Of a stretch of 64,000 nucleotides of DNA, positions 1 to 9,513 are shown one piece after another (within the stretch, counting starts at the first letter, position 1; every line of letters starts with the position of its first letter). The notes below the pieces were generated by a model. The model saw nothing but the letters and a program-made list of their open reading frames with translations, was not told the origin of the DNA and made no database searches. Origin of the DNA: an uncultured bacterium (GTDB lineage Bacteria; Oederibacteriota; PGYV01; CAWJRG01); NCBI GenBank assembly GCA_963845185.1, contig CAWJRG010000009.1, positions 896,001 to 960,000 on the forward strand, in the 5' to 3' direction. Position numbers and translations under genes: made by a program.

Positions 1-2871
1 AAACGCGTAGCCGCCCTGTGACTGCAGGTTAAACATGGCCTTGTCGGCAATAGGCGTATTAAAATAAAAATCCCCGGTTATTATGTGCGACGATTCTTCG
101 AGGTCCGCGGTAAACGGATTCGCGCCTTCATCATAGCCCCTGCGTTGGTTGTAATACAGCAGGCCTATATAGTCGTTGCTCAGGAAAGATTCTTTTAGCC
201 TAACGCCTGCCACATACGAACTCCCGAGTTTGTACATATCCTCAAGCCAGTCCGAAACGCCTGCAAGCTCATAAGTGAGCCTGAGCGGGGCTATTGTTCC
301 TACAACCTGCGCCCCTGTTATATTCGAACCAAGTGAGGAAACGTTAATAAGGCCGAAGGCATCATCAAAAAGTTTTGCCTGTTCGCCTGTAAACAAATTC
401 AGCTCGTTCCCGGCTCCCCTGAGTATCAGGTGCGCCGAATTGACCTTGAGTTCAGTGTTTTGCCTGTCATAATACGCTCCCCTGAAATCAATTTTAGCGT
501 TTATGAAATCATTGGGAGTAATTTCAAGGTTCAGGTCCTGCTGTGTGGACGCGCTAGTGGTATCAAACGCCGAGACTTGCCTTCCGAGCACATCATTCGC
601 AAAGCTCTTCATGCCCCACCTTATATTGTCCACATATACGGCGCCCTCTATCGTGCCGTTAATGACCAGGTACATTTGCGCGAACTGCGCCATCCTCAGT
701 TGGCCGATTTTCCTGTTGCCTGTGCCGCTGTTTCCCCATACATTATCGGTAAATTTAAAAAGCATGTTTTTGTTCCAGCCTGAATTAAGCTTCACAGGGT
801 TGCATTCATTCCAGTTGCCTGCGGCGTCGTTGAATGCAATTGATAATTGCAGCGGCCCGCCGGGATTGTATAAGTCGAGCATTATTGAATTATAATTTGA
901 AATGTCTTTTACCGCGTTGTATTCAATACCTGTTTTATTTCCTATATCTTTATAGATAAGCTCCATGGAATGTTTGCCCTCTGAGGCAAACTTATTTGAT
1001 ATCTGGATGTATCCTGCTCCCCACCCTGAAGTGGTTATGTTATTCGCGGCTATCCAGTTGCCTAATCCCTTTTCAAAGGTTCCTTCACCCTGCCCGTCGT
1101 CCCATACCTGGAACCTCAATTGCTGGCTCGTGATTTGCGAATTGTTCTCACCGGTTATGCCCGCGTAATCTCCCAGCGGCCCAAGCAGATTGTGCCTGGC
1201 AAACCGTATTTCAGTCACAACAAGTTTCCCTGTCATTTGTTTGTTCGGGTACACCTGGATAACGACATCGCGTATGTCGTTTCTCTGGTATAAATACTCG
1301 GTAAAGGTCCAGCCGCTTGCCTGTGATTTAAAAGACGGCGCGGTCAGGTCAATGAATAAATCCCTGTTCCAGCCCGGGGTTATGGCCATAGTTTTTGATT
1401 CATACCACGTATAATCCGGCCCTATCTTAAACGCGACTGATATCTGTACCGTTTGTGTCATGGGGTTATAGATTTCAAACTTCAGTCCTGAAACCGTGCT
1501 CCAGTCCATGTTTGCTGTGTAGTCGAAAGAGGCGTTATCCACGTTTGTCAGTGTAGCAAAACTTAATTCCATGCCTTTTTTATCAGTGTCTCCTACTTTG
1601 TCGACACACTGCACTGCCGTGGCGCGTGACCCCGAAACGCCTGCACTCCACAAAGTGCCTTTATCAAAATTATCCCACAGATAAAAAGAAAGGTTGCTTG
1701 TGTCATGGGCTATTATTGACTGTATTTTATCCAGATTTGTTGTCTTGAACTTTACATTGTCCACGAGCACATATCCCGGCCCCATTTCAGCAGGCACAAA
1801 TACCAGGTTCACTCTTTTCACCTGGTCTAAGTTGTCAGGTAAGGCTCTGGCCTCGTAATTTGTTTTTTCATTTTTCCATGTTTTTTGTTTTAGGTAAAAT
1901 GTTACATCCTTATTCCATCCCTTTTTCAGGTTTCTGGAAATTGATTCCTGCCATGCCCATTTATCACCTGTGCCGAATGCAATAGTCATGTTCATGGAAA
2001 AATCCCTCGGGTTGTATACATCCATTGTTATTTCATATACGTCTGTAAGGTCCAGTGAATCATCAAGGGCAAAAATCGCGTTCCCCCCCGGCGTTTTTTC
2101 GTCAAAACTTGCCATCATGCTTGCCTTGCCTTCGGTAGCCGTATATGTCACCTGCTGAACACTTGTGGCGCATGACCCGTCTGCCATTGCAGCCCATTGT
2201 AGTTTTTTTCCTTCAAATCCGTCTACAAGCACTTCCTTAATGTTTTCCGGTATCTTTACCGGCAATATGCCTGCTATGTTTTTGCCTTTTATCATTATAT
2301 TGTCAGTAAAAATATATCCGTCTGTTTTTTCAATGGCTGTAAACACAAGCATTATTTTCCTTACCCTTTCCATCCCCTTTATCATCTGGTCGTATTTTCC
2401 GTTTGAATCGCCTGTTTTATAAACAGGATTTTTTAAATTAAAAGTAATGTCCTTGTTCCATCCGGGTTTTAATTTTACCTGCTCGGCATCATATGTTATC
2501 CACTCCTCCCCCAAGCTGATTGAAAGATTAAAATTTATTTCATTCATCGAGGAATTATAAATATCAAGTTTAATTTCTTCGGCAGCCGACAAATCTCCTG
2601 CCTCAAGAAGCTGTATTGCCCCGTTTTCACCGGCTTTACCAGCGTTTATTAACGCCTGCAGGGACTGCTGCCCATCCGTTACATAATCCTTGCTCAATTT
2701 AAGCGAAGACATTATGTTGTTTGTCCATCCCGTGGTGGTCCACTGTATAGAGGATTCTTCAAAGGATTGCCACGTATAAAATTTATTAGGGTCAATATCC
2801 GAAGAAAAAAGTTGGATTGGAATTATAAGGAATGATAAAAAAATGATTGTACTGCATAACTTATGTTTCAT
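1..2871 (-). CDS. Large secreted protein (partial, runs off left edge): three tandem carbohydrate-binding-module-like domains followed by a probable outer-membrane/surface domain
   Basis: Not in ORF track (no stop in window). ATG at 2871 after GGGAGG; N-terminus MKHKLCSTIIFLSFLIIPIQLFS is signal-peptide-like; three repeats containing (P/K)GWN(K/R)D near 2460, 1915, 1370; same frame is open at base 1 (...NTPIADKAMFNLQSQGGYAF). Frame spot-checked, not read codon by codon. Confidence 0.75.
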   Translation of the reverse strand, partial: MKHKLCSTIIFLSFLIIPIQLFSSDIDPNKFYTWQSFEESSIQWTTTGWTNNIMSSLKLSKDYVTDGQQSLQALINAGKAGENGAIQLLEAGDLSAAEEIKLDIYNSSMNEINFNLSISLGEEWITYDAEQVKLKPGWNKDITFNLKNPVYKTGDSNGKYDQMIKGMERVRKIMLVFTAIEKTDGYIFTDNIMIKGKNIAGILPVKIPENIKEVLVDGFEGKKLQWAAMADGSCATSVQQVTYTATEGKASMMASFDEKTPGGNAIFALDDSLDLTDVYEITMDVYNPRDFSMNMTIAFGTGDKWAWQESISRNLKKGWNKDVTFYLKQKTWKNEKTNYEARALPDNLDQVKRVNLVFVPAEMGPGYVLVDNVKFKTTNLDKIQSIIAHDTSNLSFYLWDNFDKGTLWSAGVSGSRATAVQCVDKVGDTDKKGMELSFATLTNVDNASFDYTANMDWSTVSGLKFEIYNPMTQTVQISVAFKIGPDYTWYESKTMAITPGWNRDLFIDLTAPSFKSQASGWTFTEYLYQRNDIRDVVIQVYPNKQMTGKLVVTEIRFARHNLLGPLGDYAGITGENNSQITSQQLRFQVWDDGQGEGTFEKGLGNWIAANNITTSGWGAGYIQISNKFASEGKHSMELIYKDIGNKTGIEYNAVKDISNYNSIMLDLYNPGGPLQLSIAFNDAAGNWNECNPVKLNSGWNKNMLFKFTDNVWGNSGTGNRKIGQLRMAQFAQMYLVINGTIEGAVYVDNIRWGMKSFANDVLGRQVSAFDTTSASTQQDLNLEITPNDFINAKIDFRGAYYDRQNTELKVNSAHLILRGAGNELNLFTGEQAKLFDDAFGLINVSSLGSNITGAQVVGTIAPLRLTYELAGVSDWLEDMYKLGSSYVAGVRLKESFLSNDYIGLLYYNQRRGYDEGANPFTADLEESSHIITGDFYFNTPIADKAMFNLQSQGGYAF

Positions 2872-2938
2872 AAATGCCTCCCTTAGTTATTCTTATTTAT
2901 TATTAAAATATGCATAATTTTTTAATTTATTAGTGGAA

Positions 2939-2967
2939 ACATTAGCACGAAAACGTTTTCCTGTCAA
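2939..2967 (-). promoter_or_regulatory. Sigma70-type promoter with a LacI-family-like operator in the spacer
   Basis: Minus strand TTGACA (2967-2962), 17 bp, TGn-TAATGT (2944-2939); the spacer holds the perfect palindrome GAAAACGTTTTC (2949-2960). Confidence 0.65.
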
Positions 2968-3053
2968 CTTTGTATTTTGAATTTTATAGAATTTTTGGGA
3001 AATAGTAGTATTTATTAAGATATAATTTTCTATATTTTGATTTTACTTTTCCA

Positions 3054-4703
3054 TCATCTTAATAAAACAAAAACATCTGTCTGGCTTATTTGCTCGAGAT
3101 TGCCGTTTTTGTTGTCATAAATTGCGTAGTAATATATTCCGTTCGCAGGGTTGTTTATATACTGCCGGAACTTATAATTATCTATTTTTTCCTCGTGCCA
3201 TCCCTTTGTCAAATTATAATCCGTCAGGTAAAATTGAGCTATAAGCCTGCACGCAAAGGTATAAATCTTTACCCACACTACGTTTTCAGGCTGCGACAAA
3301 TAGAATTTAATAGTTATATACTGCGTAGAATTATAATTAACAGGGTTTGGATAAATGACAACCCCTTTTGGGGGGTTATATGTAGGCGTAGCAGTAGGCA
3401 CAGGAGTATTAGTGTATGTCGGAGTAATAGTAAATGTCCGGGTAATTGTGTATGTGGGAGTAGGTGACAACACCGGAGATACTGTATATGTGGGCGTAGG
3501 TGACACAACAGGCGTATTTGTCGGCGACTGGCAGATGGAATGCGCTATTCCCGTAAGCCAGTTTTTTATGTCAGTCCCGTGGCATGAAGTTGGTGTAAAA
3601 TTCCAGTTTGTAATAAGGCTCGGAGCAGATGAGGTATGTAAGCACCATGCCGTGGCATTAAAGGCATAATTCTCATTGTTCGAGCCGTTTATCCACGTAA
3701 GAAAGTTCGATTCCCAGGGGTTACAGCCGCTGTTAATCAAAGTATTCCCTGTTGATGGCCCAAATTCGCCTATGGTGACGCAGTATCCTGCGCTGACGGC
3801 TGCGCCGATGTATTGTTCCCATGTGGATGCATTATCGTTTCCGGATGGATAATTTATGTTATCGTAATTGTGCTCTTCGTACATGATACCGTAACCGTTT
3901 AAAGTATTGCCGGTATTCCTGTCTACCATGGCATGGCTTGGCACGCCTGTCAAATCTTTTGCCCACGTCACCCCGCCTACTATAATGACATTTTTCGCAC
4001 CTGTATCACGGACAGTCTGGACCAGCGTCTGGAATCCCGGGCAAGTGAATCCCTCGTTGCTAGTGCCGCCGTTCTGCCATGTGTACCATGTGTTTGTGGT
4101 TGGGTATGGTTCATTGTATAAATCAAAAAGTACATCGGGGTTATTCGCAAATATCGCGGCAACGCTATGCCAGAAAGCTATGGAATTTTCATCTGGCATT
4201 GACTGTTGTTTTACGTTCGTGGATGACCCCCATGAACCATTGCCCGACCAGTGCAGGTCAAGCTCGACATAACAGTCAAGAGCCGACGCTGTGTTAACCA
4301 CATTGGCAACATAATTCCTGTAATTTGTCTCAAGTGTTGTATTCTGGGTTGTTGAAGAGGAATTATCCCCTCCGGTATCATAGCCGAACCAGTAATCCTG
4401 GTTCAAAGGGATGCGCACAAAATTGCAATTCCACGTATTAACGGCTACAGTTATTGATTGCGTCATATCGCCGCCATCGCCATTTGGAGGGCCCTCCCCT
4501 GTCGGTGACCACTCAATCCCGTCTACATCCACGCCTGTCAGCCTTACTGAACAGCCTGAGCTTGCCGATACTAGTTTGGTTCCCTGCACCTGAAGTTGCA
4601 TTGGCGTGGCATGCAAATAATTATAATTGGATAAAAACATACAGAATAATAATATGAAGGCAATCATTAAAATCCTTAACGCCGAATCCGCTTTTTTTCT
4701 CAT
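3054..4703 (-). CDS. GH5 cellulase-family glycoside hydrolase with TPT linker and C-terminal PNP Ig-like domain
   Basis: WNCNFVRIP, LDLHW, LFDLYNEP (acid/base), TIGEFG (nucleophile); signal peptide; TPT repeats; IYPNP...GIYYY C-terminus. Confidence 0.9.
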   Translation of the reverse strand: MRKKADSALRILMIAFILLFCMFLSNYNYLHATPMQLQVQGTKLVSASSGCSVRLTGVDVDGIEWSPTGEGPPNGDGGDMTQSITVAVNTWNCNFVRIPLNQDYWFGYDTGGDNSSSTTQNTTLETNYRNYVANVVNTASALDCYVELDLHWSGNGSWGSSTNVKQQSMPDENSIAFWHSVAAIFANNPDVLFDLYNEPYPTTNTWYTWQNGGTSNEGFTCPGFQTLVQTVRDTGAKNVIIVGGVTWAKDLTGVPSHAMVDRNTGNTLNGYGIMYEEHNYDNINYPSGNDNASTWEQYIGAAVSAGYCVTIGEFGPSTGNTLINSGCNPWESNFLTWINGSNNENYAFNATAWCLHTSSAPSLITNWNFTPTSCHGTDIKNWLTGIAHSICQSPTNTPVVSPTPTYTVSPVLSPTPTYTITRTFTITPTYTNTPVPTATPTYNPPKGVVIYPNPVNYNSTQYITIKFYLSQPENVVWVKIYTFACRLIAQFYLTDYNLTKGWHEEKIDNYKFRQYINNPANGIYYYAIYDNKNGNLEQISQTDVFVLLR

Positions 4704-4757
4704 GTCACTCTCCCGTAATATATTAGTTTTGATAACTGCTGTTTATTATTGAGAGCC

Positions 4758-4815
4758 AAAAAATAAAAAAGGCGGCTTGCTGTCTCTCCACTTGCCCAAA
4801 AATAGCAAGCCCCTC
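4758..4815 (-). terminator. Intrinsic terminator/attenuator-like hairpin between GH8 and GH5 genes
   Basis: Minus strand GGCTTGCT...AGCAAGCC followed by GCCTTTTTTATTTTTT. Confidence 0.5.
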
Positions 4816-4894
4816 ATCCTAAAAAACAAATTCTAATCAATCATCTGTTGTTTGAAACTTGTGTGATTTTTATAATCAAAGATTTACTTTTCCA

Positions 4895-6502
4895 TCATCT
4901 CAACAAAATAAAAGCGTCTGTCTGGCTTATTTGCTCGAGATTACCGTTTTTATTGTCATAAATCGCGTAATAATATATGCCGTTTGCAGCATTGTATAAA
5001 TACTGCTGCACATATATTTGTTCCTTGTGCCATCCCTGCGGCAAATTATAATCAGTCAGGTAAAATTGGGCAATGAGCCTCAACGAAAAGGTATAAATCT
5101 TCACCCATACTACGCTTTCAAACCGCGGCAAATAGAATTTAATGGTCATCCATTGGGTTGTATTATAATTCACAGGGTTCGGATAAATCATAATACCTTT
5201 GGATGGGTTATATGTAGGAGTAAAGGTCGGTACGGGAGTAATAGTGTGTGTTGGCGTAACAGTATATGAGGGTGTAGGCGACACTATAGGCGTCACAGTA
5301 GAAGTTTCAGTTATTGTATACGTTGGCGTCGGAGATACAATTGGTGTATTTGTAGGTGTATAGAAGTTTTTTGGGAAATTCCCAGACATTAAAAGCATAG
5401 TCATTACTCCAAGCGCGCCGCTATAGTAATTACCATAGCCAAGATTATAGTCTGCTGTGAAATAATTGTCTAAATTGGTCTGGTAAGCGGATGATTCCAT
5501 AAGCGAGCATCCATCCGGGCCGACAAAAGCCGCGTTATTCCATTGGCCTGTTGCGGCGCCTGTGGCAACATTATAGCCATCTACTACGCTTCCGGGTGTT
5601 TTTCCGCTCCAAAATGCCGCCATTTCATTATATTCTGTTTGCATGTTTGGAGATTGTCCACCGTTCCATACAAAATCAATGGCATATCTCCATGGCACCC
5701 TGCATGAGTTATAGCTGTATTCGGGATAACTGTATTGGGTCCCGAGGCCATATGCGGTCCCTGTATGCGTTAGCTCTTCCGCCACAAGCCCGTGTGTGCT
5801 CATTCCAACTGCAAGGTTGCTGTCGCACTTGGCCAGTACGTTGTTCCAGAAAGTAGCATCTGATGGATTCACAACGGCATATTCCCTGTACCATGCCGGC
5901 ATATAATATGAAGGAAATTCCTCAGTGTCCCATCCGTCGCCAGGCTTCAAATGGTAATCGTATGAAACGCAGTCATAGGTCTTTAATTTTGTTATTTCGG
6001 CCGATGCAAGCGACAAGTAATTATACGTACCGCCCGAACCCCATTCCCTGTCTGCCATGACCAGTGAAAAAGCTATATCTTCATCTGCATCAGTGGCAGA
6101 ACCTGCACCGTCTGATGCCATTGCATTGGCCGAATTTATATGCCAGTCCATTAGCAGATTTCCATCATTATGACTTTGCTTGTACTGCCATAGGTTATTC
6201 AACAATGCTTGGTTGGAAAAATATATGGCCATAATCATTCCATATCCAATGCCTTCTGATACGGTGTCGTTACTATCTTCAGGCCTTTGCACTCGCTGGT
6301 ATCCTCCAGCGCCGTTTGAGGTTATGCAATTGGAAACCCATGTATTGTATGCTGCCAGTGCATTAGCAGTGGCATTAGCGTCTGTCGTCTGTATACCATA
6401 GGGATATATGACGTTCCACGGATACGAAGCATATACTTTCCCAAAAATAAAAATAGCCACTGCAAACAATATTATCTTTAAATAAACTCTTGCTTTGCTC
6501 AT
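4895..6502 (-). CDS. GH8 endoglucanase (CelA-like) with TPT linker and C-terminal PNP Ig-like domain
   Basis: TVSEGIGYGM and SATDADEDIA motifs, YSYNSCRVPWR; signal peptide; TPT linker; IYPNP C-terminal domain. Confidence 0.9.
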   Translation of the reverse strand: MSKARVYLKIILFAVAIFIFGKVYASYPWNVIYPYGIQTTDANATANALAAYNTWVSNCITSNGAGGYQRVQRPEDSNDTVSEGIGYGMIMAIYFSNQALLNNLWQYKQSHNDGNLLMDWHINSANAMASDGAGSATDADEDIAFSLVMADREWGSGGTYNYLSLASAEITKLKTYDCVSYDYHLKPGDGWDTEEFPSYYMPAWYREYAVVNPSDATFWNNVLAKCDSNLAVGMSTHGLVAEELTHTGTAYGLGTQYSYPEYSYNSCRVPWRYAIDFVWNGGQSPNMQTEYNEMAAFWSGKTPGSVVDGYNVATGAATGQWNNAAFVGPDGCSLMESSAYQTNLDNYFTADYNLGYGNYYSGALGVMTMLLMSGNFPKNFYTPTNTPIVSPTPTYTITETSTVTPIVSPTPSYTVTPTHTITPVPTFTPTYNPSKGIMIYPNPVNYNTTQWMTIKFYLPRFESVVWVKIYTFSLRLIAQFYLTDYNLPQGWHKEQIYVQQYLYNAANGIYYYAIYDNKNGNLEQISQTDAFILLR

Positions 6503-6547
6503 TTTTGAATTCTCCTATTTTTAGGTAAATCAATTTTAAGCGTTATA

Positions 6548-6576
6548 ATTATAATATAAATGGTGTATTTTGTCAA
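6548..6576 (-). promoter_or_regulatory. Consensus sigma70 promoter for the GH8 gene
   Basis: Minus strand TTGACA (6576-6571), 17 bp, TATAAT (6553-6548), about 45 bp upstream of the ATG. Confidence 0.7.
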
Positions 6577-6728
6577 ACTTTGAAGAAAAAATTCGATATA
6601 TGTCAAATCAAATTATTATTATTATTTTAGATTCTTTTCTTATACCTGCATTAAATTATATATGCATTTCCGTAAAAAAGGTTGCACTCTTTTTTAGTTT
6701 AATTTTTATTCGTACATTATTTATAGGT

Positions 6729-7265
6729 TTACTTATTTACAACCTCCAGGCCTCCAAAAACCACATCAGCCTCGACAAGCAGGCATGGCAAGGTTTCCTT
6801 GTAAGCCTTTGTAGTATATTTGTATTTTCCAAAAGATATGATATTCCCGTCGGGTGTCCTTGCGCCCGCAAAAGCCGAATTAATAACTACTTTAACCGGC
6901 GCTTCGGGGTTGATTTTAATCACAGCATCGCCGAACACGGTATTTACTTTAACTGATTTTGTTTTGTCGGTCACGGCAATCCCTGATAAGTCAATGATGC
7001 TTCTTCCGAAAACAACACTGTATTCATTGGAGGCTTCAGCATTTGCGTCGATATTACCCTCCTCAAACATTGTCACATTTTTTTCATGCCTCGGCCACGG
7101 CTCTCCAACAAGTACTTTTATGCCGAGATAAATCAAGAATATCGCAAAAAGAATCCTGAAAATAGGCAGGTTTATTCCGAATACTGCCTTTAAAATCACA
7201 AGAACGCCGAACAAAATAAGTAAAGCTCCCCAGAATATTCCGCTGAACATTAAGCCCATTCTCAT
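6729..7265 (-). CDS. LiaF-like membrane protein (cell-wall antibiotic response / DUF2154-like)
   Basis: Two N-terminal TM helices, then VVFG..IIDLS, TVFGD, VVFGGLEV repeats; GGAGG RBS. Confidence 0.7.
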   Translation of the reverse strand: MRMGLMFSGIFWGALLILFGVLVILKAVFGINLPIFRILFAIFLIYLGIKVLVGEPWPRHEKNVTMFEEGNIDANAEASNEYSVVFGRSIIDLSGIAVTDKTKSVKVNTVFGDAVIKINPEAPVKVVINSAFAGARTPDGNIISFGKYKYTTKAYKETLPCLLVEADVVFGGLEVVNK

Positions 7266-7373
7266 ACATACCTCCTTTGTTAATAATTTTCAATTTTCAA
7301 TTCCAAATTTTCAATGAAAAACAAAACTTTTTTCTTTCCTTTCAATCAATTTTTATTATAAGGCAAAAAAACC

Positions 7374-8954
7374 TCAACTTTTAACCTTAAACTTCTCTTT
7401 AACCATCACTATAAACCTGTCTCCTTCCTTAATTCTGAATACTTTCAACAGCAGGTAATACAAAAGCGTGCCTGCAATTATCGCCGCAAGCACCACAACT
7501 CCGTTTTTCATCCTGCTCGTACCTGCCGAAAGCAATATTTCCATGTAGTGAGCAAAAATAAAAATAATCACTCCCATGATTAGCGATGCGCCCAGGATTT
7601 TCAGGACGAACTTCACAAGCCCACTTGTATCTATGTCGCCTATCTGCCGTGTAATCACGCTGTAAAGCAGGGTAAAATTAATTATGCCGCTTATTGCCGT
7701 GCCGAGAGCCAGGCCGATAAACCCAAGTGGAAAAGCCAGCGCTATATTTAGTATGACGTTTATTACAAGCGACAGCAGCCCTATTTTGACCGCCTGATTC
7801 GCCTTGTCGAGCGCGTAGAAAACCGGCGTCAGTATCTTGTTTCCGCTGTAAGCAAAAATCGCGATGCTGTACATTATGGAAACCTTTGCCGTATTTAAAA
7901 CATCCGTATAAGTGAATTTACCGTAATAAAAAAGCAAGGTATTTATTTCCCTGCTTAAAAATATTATCCCGGCTGAGGCAGGCAGCACTATAAAAAAAGC
8001 CTGTTTCAGGGACGAATGAATTGTTTCCTTCAGGCTTTTATAATCCTTTTTTGCAACGTAAGATGATATAAACGGAAATGAAACCGTGGCTATCGCGACA
8101 CCAAATACTCCCAGCGGCAATTGCATTAGCCTGTTTCCGTAATATAGGTAAGTGACGCTGCCGGCAGTTAAAAATGAGGCTATCATGGTATTTATTATAA
8201 GGCTCAGCTGGGTTATTGACTGCCCGATGGTCGCAGGCACCATTAATTTACCTATTCTTCTCAATCCGGCTTCCTTTAAGTCAATAATAAACTTCCATTT
8301 AAAACCCAGTTTAAAAGCAGGTATAAACTGGAGTATGATCTGCAATAAAGCCCCTGTAAGCGCGCCGGCTGCCCAGCCGTAAATTTGCCTGCCTTCCGGC
8401 AGCCTGGGGCATACGAATATCCCGAAGAATATCCATCCGATGTTGAGGACAACAGGCGCGAAGGCGGGTATAGAAAATTTTTTAAACGAGTTGAGTATGC
8501 CTAAGAATATTGCGGCTATGCTCACAAGCATAATAAACGGGAATAAAATCCTGGTAAGCTGTGTTGTCAGCGCGAACTTTGCCGGGTCTTTAGTGAACCC
8601 AGGCGCTATTATCATGACAATAACAGGCGCTATGATTATTCCAAGCACGACTATCAGCGTCAATATTATCGACAGCACGGTCAGGACATTATTAACGAGT
8701 TTCCATACGTCCTTATCGTTTTTGTTTTCGATATAATCCGTGAACACAGGCACAAACGCCGACGATAGCGAGCCCTCTGCAAGCAAATCGCGCAAAAGGT
8801 TTGGTATCCTGAATGCCACAAAATACGCGTCTGATATCAGTCCTACGCCGAATAAAGCCGCAGATATGGCGTCGCGGATATAACCCAGTATCCTGGAAAG
8901 CATTGTTATTACAGAAACTATGGCTGCTGCACCTGCTATTTTTCTGCCTGACAT
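7374..8954 (-). CDS. murJ: Lipid II flippase MurJ (MviN)
   Basis: SRILGYIRD, AFRIPNLLRDLLAEGSLSSAFVPVF, RLMQLPLGVFG; 526 aa polytopic membrane protein. Confidence 0.97.
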   Translation of the reverse strand: MSGRKIAGAAAIVSVITMLSRILGYIRDAISAALFGVGLISDAYFVAFRIPNLLRDLLAEGSLSSAFVPVFTDYIENKNDKDVWKLVNNVLTVLSIILTLIVVLGIIIAPVIVMIIAPGFTKDPAKFALTTQLTRILFPFIMLVSIAAIFLGILNSFKKFSIPAFAPVVLNIGWIFFGIFVCPRLPEGRQIYGWAAGALTGALLQIILQFIPAFKLGFKWKFIIDLKEAGLRRIGKLMVPATIGQSITQLSLIINTMIASFLTAGSVTYLYYGNRLMQLPLGVFGVAIATVSFPFISSYVAKKDYKSLKETIHSSLKQAFFIVLPASAGIIFLSREINTLLFYYGKFTYTDVLNTAKVSIMYSIAIFAYSGNKILTPVFYALDKANQAVKIGLLSLVINVILNIALAFPLGFIGLALGTAISGIINFTLLYSVITRQIGDIDTSGLVKFVLKILGASLIMGVIIFIFAHYMEILLSAGTSRMKNGVVVLAAIIAGTLLYYLLLKVFRIKEGDRFIVMVKEKFKVKS

Positions 8955-8992
8955 GTTTCAGATCCTCGTTTATTGGTTTCTTAGTATCTTGG

Positions 8993-9400
8993 TTACTCGG
9001 TAGATATGTTATTACTCTTAAATTTTTCGCCCTTATATTTGGAGATTTTTAAATATTTAATCAGATTATTTATCATTGCCGATAATTTTTTGCAATCATT
9101 AAAAAGCCTTTTATATGTTTCATTATCAATATATTTTTGGTTCTGCGCTATGTTTAGCTGTGCCCTTAACTCGCCGCACGAACCTTTTGATATAAAAAGA
9201 AACTGTATAAACTCTGTTGAAGAACCTCTTTCAAAGCCTTCCGCTATATTTGATATTATTGATATGCTTGATCTTTTTATTTGTTCGGATAATGCAAAAT
9301 CCTTTTTAAATTCCCTCTCTTTAATTATTTTGTAAATATCATTATTCAAATCTCTTGCTTTTTTATAGATATTCAATTCTTCAAAACATTCAACCTTCAT
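8993..9400 (-). CDS. Four-helix-bundle protein (23S rRNA intervening-sequence protein family)
   Basis: FEELNIYKKAR, QIKRSSISIISNIAEGFER, FIQFLFISKGSCGEL; likely start MKVECF at 9400 after AAGGTG. Confidence 0.9.
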   Translation of the reverse strand: MKVECFEELNIYKKARDLNNDIYKIIKEREFKKDFALSEQIKRSSISIISNIAEGFERGSSTEFIQFLFISKGSCGELRAQLNIAQNQKYIDNETYKRLFNDCKKLSAMINNLIKYLKISKYKGEKFKSNNISTE

Positions 9401-9513
9401 CTCACACCTTCGGCACATTTCTATCTTGTATTTTCTGCAACCAAGAAACTCAGAGATCCAGAGACTCAGAAACCCAGAGACATAGAAACCATACCATAGA
9501 TTATATCCGTATA

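Noticed and set aside
275..2422. Plus-strand ORFs here and opposite other long genes
   Set aside because: Antisense shadows of longer minus-strand genes that have RBSs and recognisable motifs.
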